The position numbers and the translations under genes are program-made. The notes beneath the pieces are model-generated. The model saw only the letters and a list, made by a program, of their open reading frames with translations. It was not told the DNA's origin and did no database searches. Of a stretch of DNA of 20,000 nucleotides, positions 1 to 8,262 are shown in pieces; positions within the stretch are counted from its first letter, which is position 1; every line of letters begins with the position of its first letter. Origin of the DNA: an uncultured virus (IMG/VR IMGVR_UViG_3300022744_000004) (lineage: Duplodnaviria; Heunggongvirae; Uroviricota; Caudoviricetes); IMG/VR virus record IMGVR_UViG_3300022744_000004, positions 50,158 through 70,157 of that record, one strand, 5' to 3'.

Positions 1-252
1 GGTGAGGAACCCAGCGGTTACCTTCTGGTGCGCCATCGGCTTGTACCGGCCCGGCCAGTTGTACTTGCGCTCAATGGGCGAGGGTATATCTTTGAAACCC
101 AAGTTCTTCAAGACCCGTGCTTCGTCAAGACCCCAATACACCATGACCTCATATCCACCTTGGACTGGGGTAACGTGGTGCTTGGGAATAATCTTGAACT
201 TGCCGGGATCGCGCACGCGAAAACGCAGTGCGGTGTTATCCACAACTTCCAT
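1..252 (-). CDS. SF2 (SNF2/HepA-like) DNA helicase, N-terminal part, truncated by window edge
   Basis: Not in ORF track. Manual translation from ATG 252: MEVVDNTALRFRVRDPGKFKIIPKH...YWGLDEARVLKNLG...WPGRYKPMAHQKVTAGFLT. KPMAHQ resembles the Q-motif before Walker A; RBS AAGGAAG upstream; Walker A itself is outside the window. Confidence 0.75.
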   Translation of the reverse strand, partial: MEVVDNTALRFRVRDPGKFKIIPKHHVTPVQGGYEVMVYWGLDEARVLKNLGFKDIPSPIERKYNWPGRYKPMAHQKVTAGFLT

Positions 253-274
253 GATCTTCCTTAACAGTGATGTA

Positions 275-318
275 CCTCCAACGCTATGCAGATGGAGGCC
301 GCTTGCCGCGACTACGGC
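275..318 (-). promoter_or_regulatory. Two stem-loops in the HNH-helicase intergenic region
   Basis: CCTCCA(275-280)/TGGAGG(293-298) and GCCG(305-308)/CGGC(315-318); no poly-U tail. Confidence 0.3.
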
Positions 319-323
319 TTACT

Positions 324-839
324 TCATTCTACTGCTTTCGCAGTTCCGTGCAAGGGGTGGTATTCAAACTTAACTTCAGCAGCTTTTCTGGCAGCGACCG
401 CTTCTTCGTATGTCTTAAATGTACCAAGCCAAACACGCTTCGCATCATGGCTTATATATGCACGCCATGCGTACCCCCGATTGAAGACACCGGGGTGCCC
501 AGTAGTATTGTTGTCGTTCATGCGCCTATTCCGCATGTTTACACTACGCGTGGCAGTCCGTAGGTTGCTGAGTACGTTGTTGGTACTGCAACCGTCTATG
601 TGATCTATCTCTTCGGGAATTTCATCGTGCACAAGCTGCCAGATAAGACGGTGCGCGGAGTAGTTATGCCCTTTGTAGAACACAACAACGTACGGCTTCC
701 CGTGCTTTACCGCAACGCAGCCTGCTTCGTGCCCCGCAAACCTGCGGTCAAAAGACGGAAGCCCTCTAGGTAGCCATACTAGCTGTCCAGACGTACTGTC
801 ATAGCGTAACAATGTGCGTAGTATTTCGGTAGGTATCAT
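324..839 (-). CDS. Free-standing HNH homing endonuclease with C-terminal AP2-like DNA-binding domain
   Basis: YSAHRLIW, IDHIDGCSTNNVLSNLR, N..N (HNH_3); GHPGV..WRAYI..VWLGTFKTYEEAVAARKAAE (AP2). Start moved to ATG 839, 1 nt after the upstream stop. Confidence 0.9.
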   Translation of the reverse strand: MIPTEILRTLLRYDSTSGQLVWLPRGLPSFDRRFAGHEAGCVAVKHGKPYVVVFYKGHNYSAHRLIWQLVHDEIPEEIDHIDGCSTNNVLSNLRTATRSVNMRNRRMNDNNTTGHPGVFNRGYAWRAYISHDAKRVWLGTFKTYEEAVAARKAAEVKFEYHPLHGTAKAVE

Positions 840-840
840 G

Positions 841-1113
841 TTACTTGTCCACTGGAACCTTGTAGCCCTTGACGCCTTTGCGCCAGTCCCGGTTGGCTTT
901 TTCACTTTCAATTTTTGTATTCCCCGGTACTGTCTTGCCGCCGCTATCCAGCGCCTTGATGTGGGCGACATCCTTGCCATCGCCCTTGCGCACCTTGCCC
1001 GCCTTCATGGCCTGATAGCGAGCCTTGTTTGCTTCCTCCCGCGCTTCGATGCGCTCGGGACTCTTCTGGTACTTAGCCATGTAGGCAAGTTTTGCTGGCG
1101 ATGACTTAGGCAT
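841..1113 (-). CDS. Small basic HNH-like protein
   Basis: GDGKDVAHIKALDSGG...GNTKIESEKANR fits a minimal H-N-N HNH motif; TAATG-coupled to upstream nuclease. Confidence 0.7.
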   Translation of the reverse strand: MPKSSPAKLAYMAKYQKSPERIEAREEANKARYQAMKAGKVRKGDGKDVAHIKALDSGGKTVPGNTKIESEKANRDWRKGVKGYKVPVDK

Positions 1114-1778
1114 TAGACCCTCCGGCCGTTGTATTCACAGGCGATGCACGGGCAGTGCTTGCGGCACAGTCCCGAGGACTTTGCGTTCCACACATTATGG
1201 TGGAGCGAGGCATCCAGTTTAGCAACTCTCTCGCGCCATTTCCACCACAACGTGGCCTGCATGTCCTTGTTCACGCGGTACTTGCGCACGGTGTCGCGCA
1301 GCACGAACAGCAAACCGCCCGATACCTGCTTCACATTGGGGAAGTGCTCGAAGATGAGCAGCGACATCAACATGAGCTGGTCGGTGTCAGGGTACTTGTC
1401 GGAGCCGGACTTGTAATCGAACACGCGAGCGGTGTAGTTCTCCTCGTCCACGATCACCAAGTCGGCAATGCCGCGCACCCAGTAGTCAGGGTCTTTGAAG
1501 TCGCACACCGTGCGGTCTTCGCGCACAGCCATCTCCAGCTCGGGGTACTTCTTGCCCGGCATTGCCGCCAGCATGTCCAGCGTGGGCTGCAGGAACTTGA
1601 ACTCATCCGTCAGCGGCGTGCCGTTCAGGATGAACTCTTCCGCAGCCGCGTGCAAGCGTGTGCCGTAGATGGTGGCGTCCGTCTCCTCACGCGGGTAGAG
1701 CTTGAGGATTTTGGTTTCGTAATACTGGCGCGGGCATGTCTCGTATGCCTTGATGCCAGAGTAGCTGTGTTGTGCCAT
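1113..1778 (-). CDS. Cas4/RecB-like PD-(D/E)xK exonuclease with probable Fe-S cysteines
   Basis: HSYS..YETCPRQY, GTRLH, RGIADL, FDYKSG, QL; C-terminal LCRKHCPCIAC; RBS AAGGAG. Confidence 0.85.
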   Translation of the reverse strand: MAQHSYSGIKAYETCPRQYYETKILKLYPREETDATIYGTRLHAAAEEFILNGTPLTDEFKFLQPTLDMLAAMPGKKYPELEMAVREDRTVCDFKDPDYWVRGIADLVIVDEENYTARVFDYKSGSDKYPDTDQLMLMSLLIFEHFPNVKQVSGGLLFVLRDTVRKYRVNKDMQATLWWKWRERVAKLDASLHHNVWNAKSSGLCRKHCPCIACEYNGRRV

Positions 1779-1779
1779 G

Positions 1780-2085
1780 TCACTCCTTAAATTTTGCGGT
1801 GTCGATCATGTGCGTCAGTCGGCGGCTGAACGCTGTGACAAACGCCTCGTCGTCCCAGAGCTTGTGCCCCATGTCGTACAGGATACAGTGAGTTACCTCA
1901 TGCCAGAACGTCTCATTGGTACCCAGCACACCTGTCTCGCTGCGCGGCTTACCCTTCCATGTGGTCGAGATTTTCATCACGCCACTGTCGAGGTAGGTCA
2001 CGCCGTAACGCTTTTTGCCTAAGTCTGGTTTGAGCTGCACAGTGTACAGCGTCGAACCGATTTTGATTTCACTTGGTATCTTCAT
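1780..2085 (-). CDS. Small HExxH zincin-like metallopeptidase-domain protein
   Basis: ETFWHEVTHCIL followed by DEAFV; start ATG 2085 just after the PolA stop. Confidence 0.7.
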   Translation of the reverse strand: MKIPSEIKIGSTLYTVQLKPDLGKKRYGVTYLDSGVMKISTTWKGKPRSETGVLGTNETFWHEVTHCILYDMGHKLWDDEAFVTAFSRRLTHMIDTAKFKE

Positions 2086-2086
2086 G

Positions 2087-4087
2087 TCATCCCTTCGCAA
2101 GTCCATACCGTTTGTTGTACCCAACGTCCGCATTGAGCGGGATGCCGGGCATCCACTTGGGCACCTGAATCATTTGCTCCTTGATCCAAGCGCTCCCCTC
2201 CGCTGCGCCAGCCTCTGGCACCAGCACGAGTCCTTCGTCATGCACTGTCCCCTTCACAGGGAAGCGCTTCTGCACGCGCAACAGGCCGTCCGTCATCACG
2301 ATGCGGGCCAGTCCTTGCGTGGTGTTGTTCGCCAGCAAACCAGCGTACAGCTTCTTGCGCAGCTTGCCGGTGCTGAATGAATACTGCACACGACCCTTCT
2401 CATCCTTCTCTTCCTTGATGTCGCGGTAATACATCCGCATCCCGTTGACCATCTCGATCTCGCCCTTGCGGAACGTGAGCACGCCCTTGTGGTTGTACTC
2501 GTTGCCTTCGATCAGGCTGTGCACGATGAGGTTGCCCAGCAACTCCCAATAGCCTGCTACCGGGTGTGCCGCTGCGCGGTACTTGTCGATGATGGCCTTG
2601 GCTGCAAGGCAGTGGATCAGCAGCTCTTCATCGGTGCAGGTGTGGGCTATCTTCTCCATCTTCTTCAGGTTCTCGCCGTTGCTGATGAAGGCGCTGACCT
2701 GATTGCCGGTCACACCCAACTGCTTGGCATCGGCCTTGGTGTAGCGTTGCGGCGGCGCACCGAGGAAGCCTGTCAGGAGCTGCCCAGCGAACGAGGCCCA
2801 GCCAAGCTGATACCCAGCGCCCAACAACGCGGACTTCGCGCTCTGACGCAGCAGCGGGTGGCTCTCTTTGGTCAAGCCGGGGATGCTGAACATCGTTGCG
2901 CCAAACGTAGCATAGGGATCGCCACCGGCACGGAAGATGTCAAGCATCTCATCGTAGTCCGACAGCCACGCCAGCACACGCGGCTCAATCTGTGACAAGT
3001 CACCAGCGCAGATCACATAACCATCCGGTGCCATGATCGACTTACGCAGGAACGAGCCGCGCTTCATGTTCTGCATGTTGATGTTGCCGGTGGCAGCGTA
3101 CCGTCCAGTACCCGCGCCGTAGTAGTGCAGTGGCACCGGCAGGCAACCGCGCTTGGAGATGTCGATGAACCGCTGTGCGCGTGTGCGCTCCAGTGTGGAC
3201 TTCACCTTCAGGCGGGCTTCGCACATCAGGGCGGCGTCTTCGTTGTCGCCGTTGAGCAGTGCTTGGAACAGCGCATCTGTCTTGGCAAACGCATAGGTCA
3301 GCTTGCCGGTTGTCTTGCTCACCTTCTGCGGCGGCTCGATGCCGAGGCTGCGCAGTACATCAGCAAACATATCGTTGCTTGCCAGTTGGGTAGGCTCCAC
3401 GCTCACCTTCGTCAGCGCAGCGGCCAGCTTGTCGTTCTCCTCCACCAGCGCCTTCTCCAACAGCTCCCGATCCAGCTCGAACTCCGGCTCGGTGAACATA
3501 CGCAGGGTCATGTCGATCAGGCGCAGCTCCTTGGTGGGGTATGACCCGGCGGTGCTGCCGTCGGGGAACACACGCATCAGCAGCTTGCCGAAAATCTGTT
3601 CGCACAAGTACACGTCATGCTTGCAGTATTCGGCCAGTTCTTTTTCAGTCTGCGCATCAAGCTCGCGCAGCCCATCGGTGCTGTACACAGCGCGACCCTT
3701 GGGCGGGTAGCCATAGGCTTCGGCCAGTTTCGCTAAGCTGTTACCGGCTTCACTTCCACGCATAGCGCGGGCCATTGATAGCGTGTCGAAGATGAAGCAT
3801 GGGTTGACGCCGTAACGCAGGGACAGGATGCCCACGTCGAACATGGCGTTGTGCCCCACCACCGCAGTCTTAGTCCAGTCGTACATCGACAGAATCTTTG
3901 GCAACTCTGCGTAGGTGTACCACTGCGTCTTCGTGTCTGCTCCGACTTCGTGGATGCAGGCACCGTGGGCGTGGAAGCGGTCATCACGGATGTACTCCTC
4001 GGTTGTCATCTTGCTGAGCGTGTATTCCTTTGAGTCCCAAAAGGTTTCAAAGTCGATACACAGGATTGTCTTATACGGTTGTGCCAT
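2087..4087 (-). CDS. polA: Family A DNA polymerase with 3'-5' exonuclease domain
   Basis: ExoI IDFET, ExoII HNAMFD, ExoIII YCKHD; TGRY..NMQN; motif A DLSQIEPR; motif B RQSAKSALLGAGY; motif C VHDE. Confidence 0.96.
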   Translation of the reverse strand: MAQPYKTILCIDFETFWDSKEYTLSKMTTEEYIRDDRFHAHGACIHEVGADTKTQWYTYAELPKILSMYDWTKTAVVGHNAMFDVGILSLRYGVNPCFIFDTLSMARAMRGSEAGNSLAKLAEAYGYPPKGRAVYSTDGLRELDAQTEKELAEYCKHDVYLCEQIFGKLLMRVFPDGSTAGSYPTKELRLIDMTLRMFTEPEFELDRELLEKALVEENDKLAAALTKVSVEPTQLASNDMFADVLRSLGIEPPQKVSKTTGKLTYAFAKTDALFQALLNGDNEDAALMCEARLKVKSTLERTRAQRFIDISKRGCLPVPLHYYGAGTGRYAATGNINMQNMKRGSFLRKSIMAPDGYVICAGDLSQIEPRVLAWLSDYDEMLDIFRAGGDPYATFGATMFSIPGLTKESHPLLRQSAKSALLGAGYQLGWASFAGQLLTGFLGAPPQRYTKADAKQLGVTGNQVSAFISNGENLKKMEKIAHTCTDEELLIHCLAAKAIIDKYRAAAHPVAGYWELLGNLIVHSLIEGNEYNHKGVLTFRKGEIEMVNGMRMYYRDIKEEKDEKGRVQYSFSTGKLRKKLYAGLLANNTTQGLARIVMTDGLLRVQKRFPVKGTVHDEGLVLVPEAGAAEGSAWIKEQMIQVPKWMPGIPLNADVGYNKRYGLAKG

Positions 4088-4325
4088 GTTTGTCCTTCAT
4101 GTCGTTGTAGCGCACCTCTACTGCGAGTAGCATGTTGTTCATTATTTCAATGCGGTCTTTTACAAGTGGCGGGTCTGTTTCATCCCAGTCCACGCGCAGC
4201 ATGTTGTAGCCAAGTAGTGCATCACGCACCACGCTGAAGTTGTCGCGTCCATCGATGCGAAAATGCCCGCACAGGATGCCTTGCGGCAGCCGTGCGTCGG
4301 CACTGATGTACCACGTAACTTTCAC
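4071..4325 (-). CDS. Hypothetical protein
   Basis: GTGA-coupled to upstream ORF, overlaps polA start. Confidence 0.65.
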   Translation of the reverse strand: MKVTWYISADARLPQGILCGHFRIDGRDNFSVVRDALLGYNMLRVDWDETDPPLVKDRIEIMNNMLLAVEVRYNDMKDKHGTTV

Positions 4326-4576
4326 TGCACCACCTCGGGCGTGTCTGCGTAGAAGCGGCGGCCAATAGCCTGCGCTGTTGCCAGCATCGGGCCGACGATG
4401 AACTGGTTGCCGCAGGACATCAGCATGGCTTGTCCACCACCATCTTCGTCGTACACGACGATCATCGCGCCGCGCTCGCTGCTGATGGTGCGCACCGCTG
4501 CACTGGCGATAGCCAGCACCGTGTGCTGCTCCTCTTCGCTTAGGGCGAGGAGTTGTGTTTTGAATTCATCTTCCAT
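4322..4576 (-). CDS. Hypothetical protein
   Basis: Start MEDEFK at 4576 preceded by AAGGAAATGAC. Confidence 0.65.
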   Translation of the reverse strand: MEDEFKTQLLALSEEEQHTVLAIASAAVRTISSERGAMIVVYDEDGGGQAMLMSCGNQFIVGPMLATAQAIGRRFYADTPEVVQ

Positions 4577-4872
4577 GTCATTTCCTTGATTAGTTCTATG
4601 AGGTCGCACAGTTCTTCCAAATTGTTTTCGCGGGCCACAAAAGCCAGCCCGCCTGATTCTTCGATCATCTGCATCTCGCGCTCTTGCAGCGCGGTTGGTT
4701 TGCCCTTACCAGCCTTGCACTCGATTGCCAAGAAGCGCCCGCTGGGGCAGGCGATGATGTCTGGTATCCCGGCGCGGCCGTAGCCAACGCCGGGCGGCAT
4801 GAAGTAGTAGATGCCCCGCTCAACGAGCAGGCGCTTCACCGCTGTCTTGACTTTCGACTCAGGCGTTGCCAT
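4540..4872 (-). CDS. VRR-NUC domain nuclease (probable Holliday junction resolvase)
   Basis: TPESKVK, GIPDII, FLAIECKAG, LQEREM..I..SGG motifs. Confidence 0.88.
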   Translation of the reverse strand: MATPESKVKTAVKRLLVERGIYYFMPPGVGYGRAGIPDIIACPSGRFLAIECKAGKGKPTALQEREMQMIEESGGLAFVARENNLEELCDLIELIKEMTWKMNSKHNSSP

Positions 4873-5380
4873 TTGCAATCTTCACTACGTGGCGGGCCTG
4901 ATGTACTGCGTCATCGAGCGCGTTGTGCTTCACGCCTTCAAACGGGTCGGCCTCAATGTGTTTGTACAAAGCCTTCACCGTGCGGTAGCAGCGGTCGCCC
5001 CAATAGGGCCAAGGCTTATCCAGCTTGATTGCCCGATACGCGCTGTCGAGCAGTACGTTGTCAAACGTAGCGCCGTTACCCCACAGGCACGCCCCCTTGG
5101 GGAACCAGCCGCAGAAGTCGTGCAGCGCATCGTGCAACGCGTCACCCTTTTGGGTGAACACATGACGCGCATCGGCGCTCTGGTTCATCCACCACTCCAC
5201 CGTGGACACGTCCATCGTCAAGCCTGCGCGTACACAAGACTGTGCATCAATGCGCCGGTAGAAGGTGCTGATCACGCCACCTTCATTGAACTGGGCTGCG
5301 CCCAGAGAAATGATCACAGAGCCGGGCGCAGTGCCCAGCGTCTCCAGATCAACCATTACGTGCATTCCGTCCAGTTTCAT
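4859..5380 (-). CDS. DEDDh 3'-5' exonuclease (Rv2179c/DUF5051-like)
   Basis: VMVDLETLG, TVEWW, WGNGATFDNVLL, RCYRT, HNALDDA. Confidence 0.9.
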   Translation of the reverse strand: MKLDGMHVMVDLETLGTAPGSVIISLGAAQFNEGGVISTFYRRIDAQSCVRAGLTMDVSTVEWWMNQSADARHVFTQKGDALHDALHDFCGWFPKGACLWGNGATFDNVLLDSAYRAIKLDKPWPYWGDRCYRTVKALYKHIEADPFEGVKHNALDDAVHQARHVVKIANGNA

Positions 5381-5564
5381 CGTCCATCTCCTGTAAAAGT
5401 CTTTTCAAATAAACCGCTTGGTCGAGGCATTCCTCGTAGGCGTGTTGCACCCATTGGCGCTGTGTCAGCTTGTTTCCTGCCAATGTAGTGCCGTACTTCT
5501 TGATGCCCATCTGCTGGCGGTAGCGGATGTCAACGCACACAAGGGCTTCGGTGTCTTCGATCAT
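5349..5564 (-). CDS. Small all-alpha MazG-like nucleotide pyrophosphatase-fold protein
   Basis: GIKKYGTTL...WVQHAYEECLDQAVYL has the EExxD acidic motif of all-alpha NTP-PPases. Confidence 0.5.
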   Translation of the reverse strand: MIEDTEALVCVDIRYRQQMGIKKYGTTLAGNKLTQRQWVQHAYEECLDQAVYLKRLLQEMDDETGRNARNG

Positions 5565-5734
5565 TTCCAGTCGTCCTGATGTTTGCGAAGCTCTTTCATC
5601 GCGTCACGCAAGTCCAGCCTGACTTGCTCCAACGCATTGCGCAGCTCGATGTTCTGAAGGTATTGCTCCAGCGCATACTTGGCGAGGGTGTCAGTCTGCC
5701 AAGCTGCGAAGTTGGGTACGTCACTGTCTTTCAT
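5561..5734 (-). CDS. Hypothetical coiled-coil protein
   Basis: MKDSDVPNFAAW...; ATGA-coupled at both ends. Confidence 0.65.
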   Translation of the reverse strand: MKDSDVPNFAAWQTDTLAKYALEQYLQNIELRNALEQVRLDLRDAMKELRKHQDDWK

Positions 5735-5937
5735 TTGGGTGCCCTCATTGGTGTGGAAGCACGAAGATACACCGAGTCGCTGGTGATGTAGGTCGGGCGC
5801 GGCTCCAGCCGAGACTGGTTGGCCGAGCGCGTCGAGTTCGCTCCTGTGAAGTTCTGGGCTGACCTCCAGTTGCCAGTGGTGAAGATAGACGGCTTGCCCT
5901 GCCAGTTGAACGGTGAACATTGGTCTTTGTCTTTCAT
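5731..5937 (-). CDS. Hypothetical protein
   Basis: ATGA-coupled at both ends. Confidence 0.55.
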   Translation of the reverse strand: MKDKDQCSPFNWQGKPSIFTTGNWRSAQNFTGANSTRSANQSRLEPRPTYITSDSVYLRASTPMRAPK

Positions 5938-6176
5938 GCGATGTCGAACGCCTTCTTGGTGGTCGCACGGATGTTGGCGATGATCTTCAAGCCACGGTCT
6001 TCCTGAATCCCCTCCTTGAAGCGGTAGGTTGCGCTGCCGTTTTTGATCACCACGGGATTGTTGCGGGCCTCCGCAAAGGAGGGCTGCGATGCGGCTTTGA
6101 TAGCCGCCACCAACTCCTCCCGGTTGTGTACTTCATAGGTAAGCATACTTCTCCAAGTTTGTAAAGTTTTGAACAT
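5934..6176 (-). CDS. Hypothetical protein (alternative start 6146)
   Basis: TAATG-coupled to upstream gene; GGAG before ATG 6146. Confidence 0.6.
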   Translation of the reverse strand: MFKTLQTWRSMLTYEVHNREELVAAIKAASQPSFAEARNNPVVIKNGSATYRFKEGIQEDRGLKIIANIRATTKKAFDIA

Positions 6177-6376
6177 TATACATCATAGGGCTTCTTGGGC
6201 AATGGTGCCCAGTGCGTCCAGAACCGGGACTTACCATCCCATGTTCCATAGGCGGCGACACCACCAACACCGAGCAGTTGCAGCTTCACGCCTCGCGGCG
6301 TGTCCTTGGTGATGGGTATCCAGTAGTAGTCGGTCGCAACGGCGGCGGTCTTGTCGCGGTTAATTGTGTGCGTCAT
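6176..6376 (-). CDS. DUF551-like small phage protein
   Basis: WIPI...P.G...L...THWAPLP signature; RBS GGAG. Confidence 0.6.
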   Translation of the reverse strand: MTHTINRDKTAAVATDYYWIPITKDTPRGVKLQLLGVGGVAAYGTWDGKSRFWTHWAPLPKKPYDV

Positions 6377-6641
6377 TCATACTCTCCGGTCGTGGGCAGT
6401 CGTCGTAACGCTTCATCTCTGCGGCGCACCACACCTGCGTTGCGTAGTGCTTGCGTGTGAGCTTCCAGCGATCAACGTAGAACAGCAGATTGTCATCCAG
6501 CGCAAACCGGATGGTGCTACGGGGAAACCCCGTTTCCTTCTCCAGCTCGTATGCAGTAAGACCGTCGCTGTCTTTGAGTGCGTCATACACGGCGCGTATG
6601 CACCGCTTGTAACGCTCAAGGCTGATAGGTGCTGCGCTCAT
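6360..6641 (-). CDS. Probable HTH/winged-helix DNA-binding protein
   Basis: GLTAYELEKETGFPRSTIRFAL fits an HTH pattern. Confidence 0.6.
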   Translation of the reverse strand: MSAAPISLERYKRCIRAVYDALKDSDGLTAYELEKETGFPRSTIRFALDDNLLFYVDRWKLTRKHYATQVWCAAEMKRYDDCPRPESMNDAHN

Positions 6642-6850
6642 AGCTTCATGAACCCCGAGTCAGGTGGTGGGTACTCAGCATCGTCCAGCTCGAAGACGCG
6701 GCGGATTTCAGCGGGGTCGCTAGTGGTGCTGCCAGATGCGCCGTGCTTGTAGCCCCTGTCGTAAGCCTCTTTCAGCTTCTTATTGATGAACTCCACTTCA
6801 AGCTGTGTCCACTTCCATCCGTGGTCGGGGTGGTCAAATTCGCTGATCAT
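6638..6850 (-). CDS. Hypothetical protein
   Basis: ATGA-coupled; RBS AAGGAGG. Confidence 0.6.
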   Translation of the reverse strand: MISEFDHPDHGWKWTQLEVEFINKKLKEAYDRGYKHGASGSTTSDPAEIRRVFELDDAEYPPPDSGFMKL

Positions 6851-7215
6851 TTCAATGCCTCCTTAATCGCAACCTTGATGTCATGCAGGTCGGGCTTGCC
6901 TTCCTGCCAGTGCGTCACACGATTCAGGAATGCCTGCACATGGAGCAGCAACTCGGTTGGGCCTTGGGGTGCTGCATATAGCGGCACGAATAGGAAGCCA
7001 ACCTCTCCCAACGGCTTCTCTTTTATGAAGTGCATATTGTTGCTTCTGTGCATCCATGCCACCGGCTCCGCTTGCTCCTGCTTCATCTTCTCCAGCACAG
7101 CGGCTTCGATGGCGCGGGCGAGTTCACGGAGGGTTTCAAAGTTTGCCCCATAACCGCTGTTCGCAGCCATGATGCTGTCGTTTTTCCAAATGTCGTCGTC
7201 AGTGAGTAGGTTCAT
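6847..7215 (-). CDS. Hypothetical mosaic phage protein (EPVAW...PLYAAP module)
   Basis: Start MNLLTDDDI with GGAG RBS; ARAIEAA and EPVAW..PLY modules common in small phage proteins. Confidence 0.65.
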   Translation of the reverse strand: MNLLTDDDIWKNDSIMAANSGYGANFETLRELARAIEAAVLEKMKQEQAEPVAWMHRSNNMHFIKEKPLGEVGFLFVPLYAAPQGPTELLLHVQAFLNRVTHWQEGKPDLHDIKVAIKEALK

Positions 7216-7385
7216 TTCATTTCTCCAAGTCACGTAGTGGGCTTCCAGCAAGTCCTTTGGACTGCAACCACTTCAAACAGTCATTTGCTTTGGTCAAGTC
7301 CGGGTGGTCATCTTCAATGTGTCGGCGGCAGATGCGTACAAGGTTCCTAACCATCATCGCCAAGTCAGGCTCCGCTTGCTCCTGC
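7064..7385. repeat. 18-bp exact direct repeat GGCTCCGCTTGCTCCTGC (7064-7081 and 7368-7385)
   Basis: Encodes QEQAEP in two adjacent genes. Confidence 0.85.
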
Positions 7386-7981
7386 CTTGGTGCTGGGCGG
7401 GTGTAAACGGCGTACATAGTCAGACTACCGTCCAGTTCGTCGCCAAACTTCGGTTTGATGGAACTCGCGTGATACACCGGCTTAGTACCACCATTAGGGC
7501 TGGGCCAGTTCACAATCCATCCGTGTGGAATGTCACGCACTGGCTCCTGCTTCAGCCGCTCAATCTCAGCATGTAAGTCACACTGATTACGCAGGTTCTC
7601 TTTCTGGTCGGCTTTCCATCCTTCAATCTCAGCCGCTTGGCTGCGGACACTCGCACACAAGTCGTGCATGAGTGAATCTGACTCCACTAACAGACTACGC
7701 AGCCGGTCGATCTCAGCCGCTTGATCTTCAAGTCGCTTCTCCATGTGTACTAATGTCTGCGCGTCATACCCATACTGCTCTGGAAATCCGTTCTCCAAGC
7801 GGCGAACCAGATTGACAGGCCCATAGCCCTCGCTGTCGCAATGCGCGTCCCAGTGCTCTGTAATCTCAACCGCAGCGGCCATCATTACGGTGTGCAGGTT
7901 TTCAATCTCAGCAACTTGGCTTTTGCACTTGTCGCAGTCGTGCTGGACGCATCCAATGTGCGGAAAGTTTGCTTCGGTCAT
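7217..7981 (-). CDS. Hypothetical mosaic coiled-coil protein
   Basis: 254 aa; N-terminal C..HDC..C; repeated QAAEI(E/D) linkers. Confidence 0.7.
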   Translation of the reverse strand: MTEANFPHIGCVQHDCDKCKSQVAEIENLHTVMMAAAVEITEHWDAHCDSEGYGPVNLVRRLENGFPEQYGYDAQTLVHMEKRLEDQAAEIDRLRSLLVESDSLMHDLCASVRSQAAEIEGWKADQKENLRNQCDLHAEIERLKQEPVRDIPHGWIVNWPSPNGGTKPVYHASSIKPKFGDELDGSLTMYAVYTRPAPRQEQAEPDLAMMVRNLVRICRRHIEDDHPDLTKANDCLKWLQSKGLAGSPLRDLEK

Positions 7982-8262
7982 ACGGATTCCTTCAGATTGC
8001 GGATAGCTTCAGCGCATTCTTTGTAGCGCCCGTTCTGCCCGTTTACATTGATCATCTGCATCTGTGCTTCACACACCTTCGCAGCTTCTTCATACGCATC
8101 ACGGATTGCTTGGCGCATCTGGGATTCGGTGTACATGAACTCTTTATCAGGGGCGGCGGAACCCATCACTTTCCAACTACTGCCGCTCCCGTTGTCACGG
8201 TAGTCCCATCCGTAGCCGTCATAGTTGAGACGGAACGCTTCTGGCTCTGGTAACTTAATCAT
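7978..8262 (-). CDS. Hypothetical protein
   Basis: Start MIKLPEPEA with GGAGG RBS; ATGA-coupled. Confidence 0.65.
   Translation of the reverse strand: MIKLPEPEAFRLNYDGYGWDYRDNGSGSSWKVMGSAAPDKEFMYTESQMRQAIRDAYEEAAKVCEAQMQMINVNGQNGRYKECAEAIRNLKESV

Noticed and set aside
840..980. N-terminal extensions in the ORF track (also 5968, 10009, 12093, 13293, 14410)
   Set aside because: They overlap upstream genes; downstream starts have RBS and translational coupling
1113..1778. Cas4-like gene as evidence of CRISPR-Cas
   Set aside because: No cas1/cas2 or array; solo Cas4-like exonucleases are routine in phage replication modules
2600..2806. Intein or intron in polA
   Set aside because: Too short, no HN-(C/S/T) splice junction, frame uninterrupted
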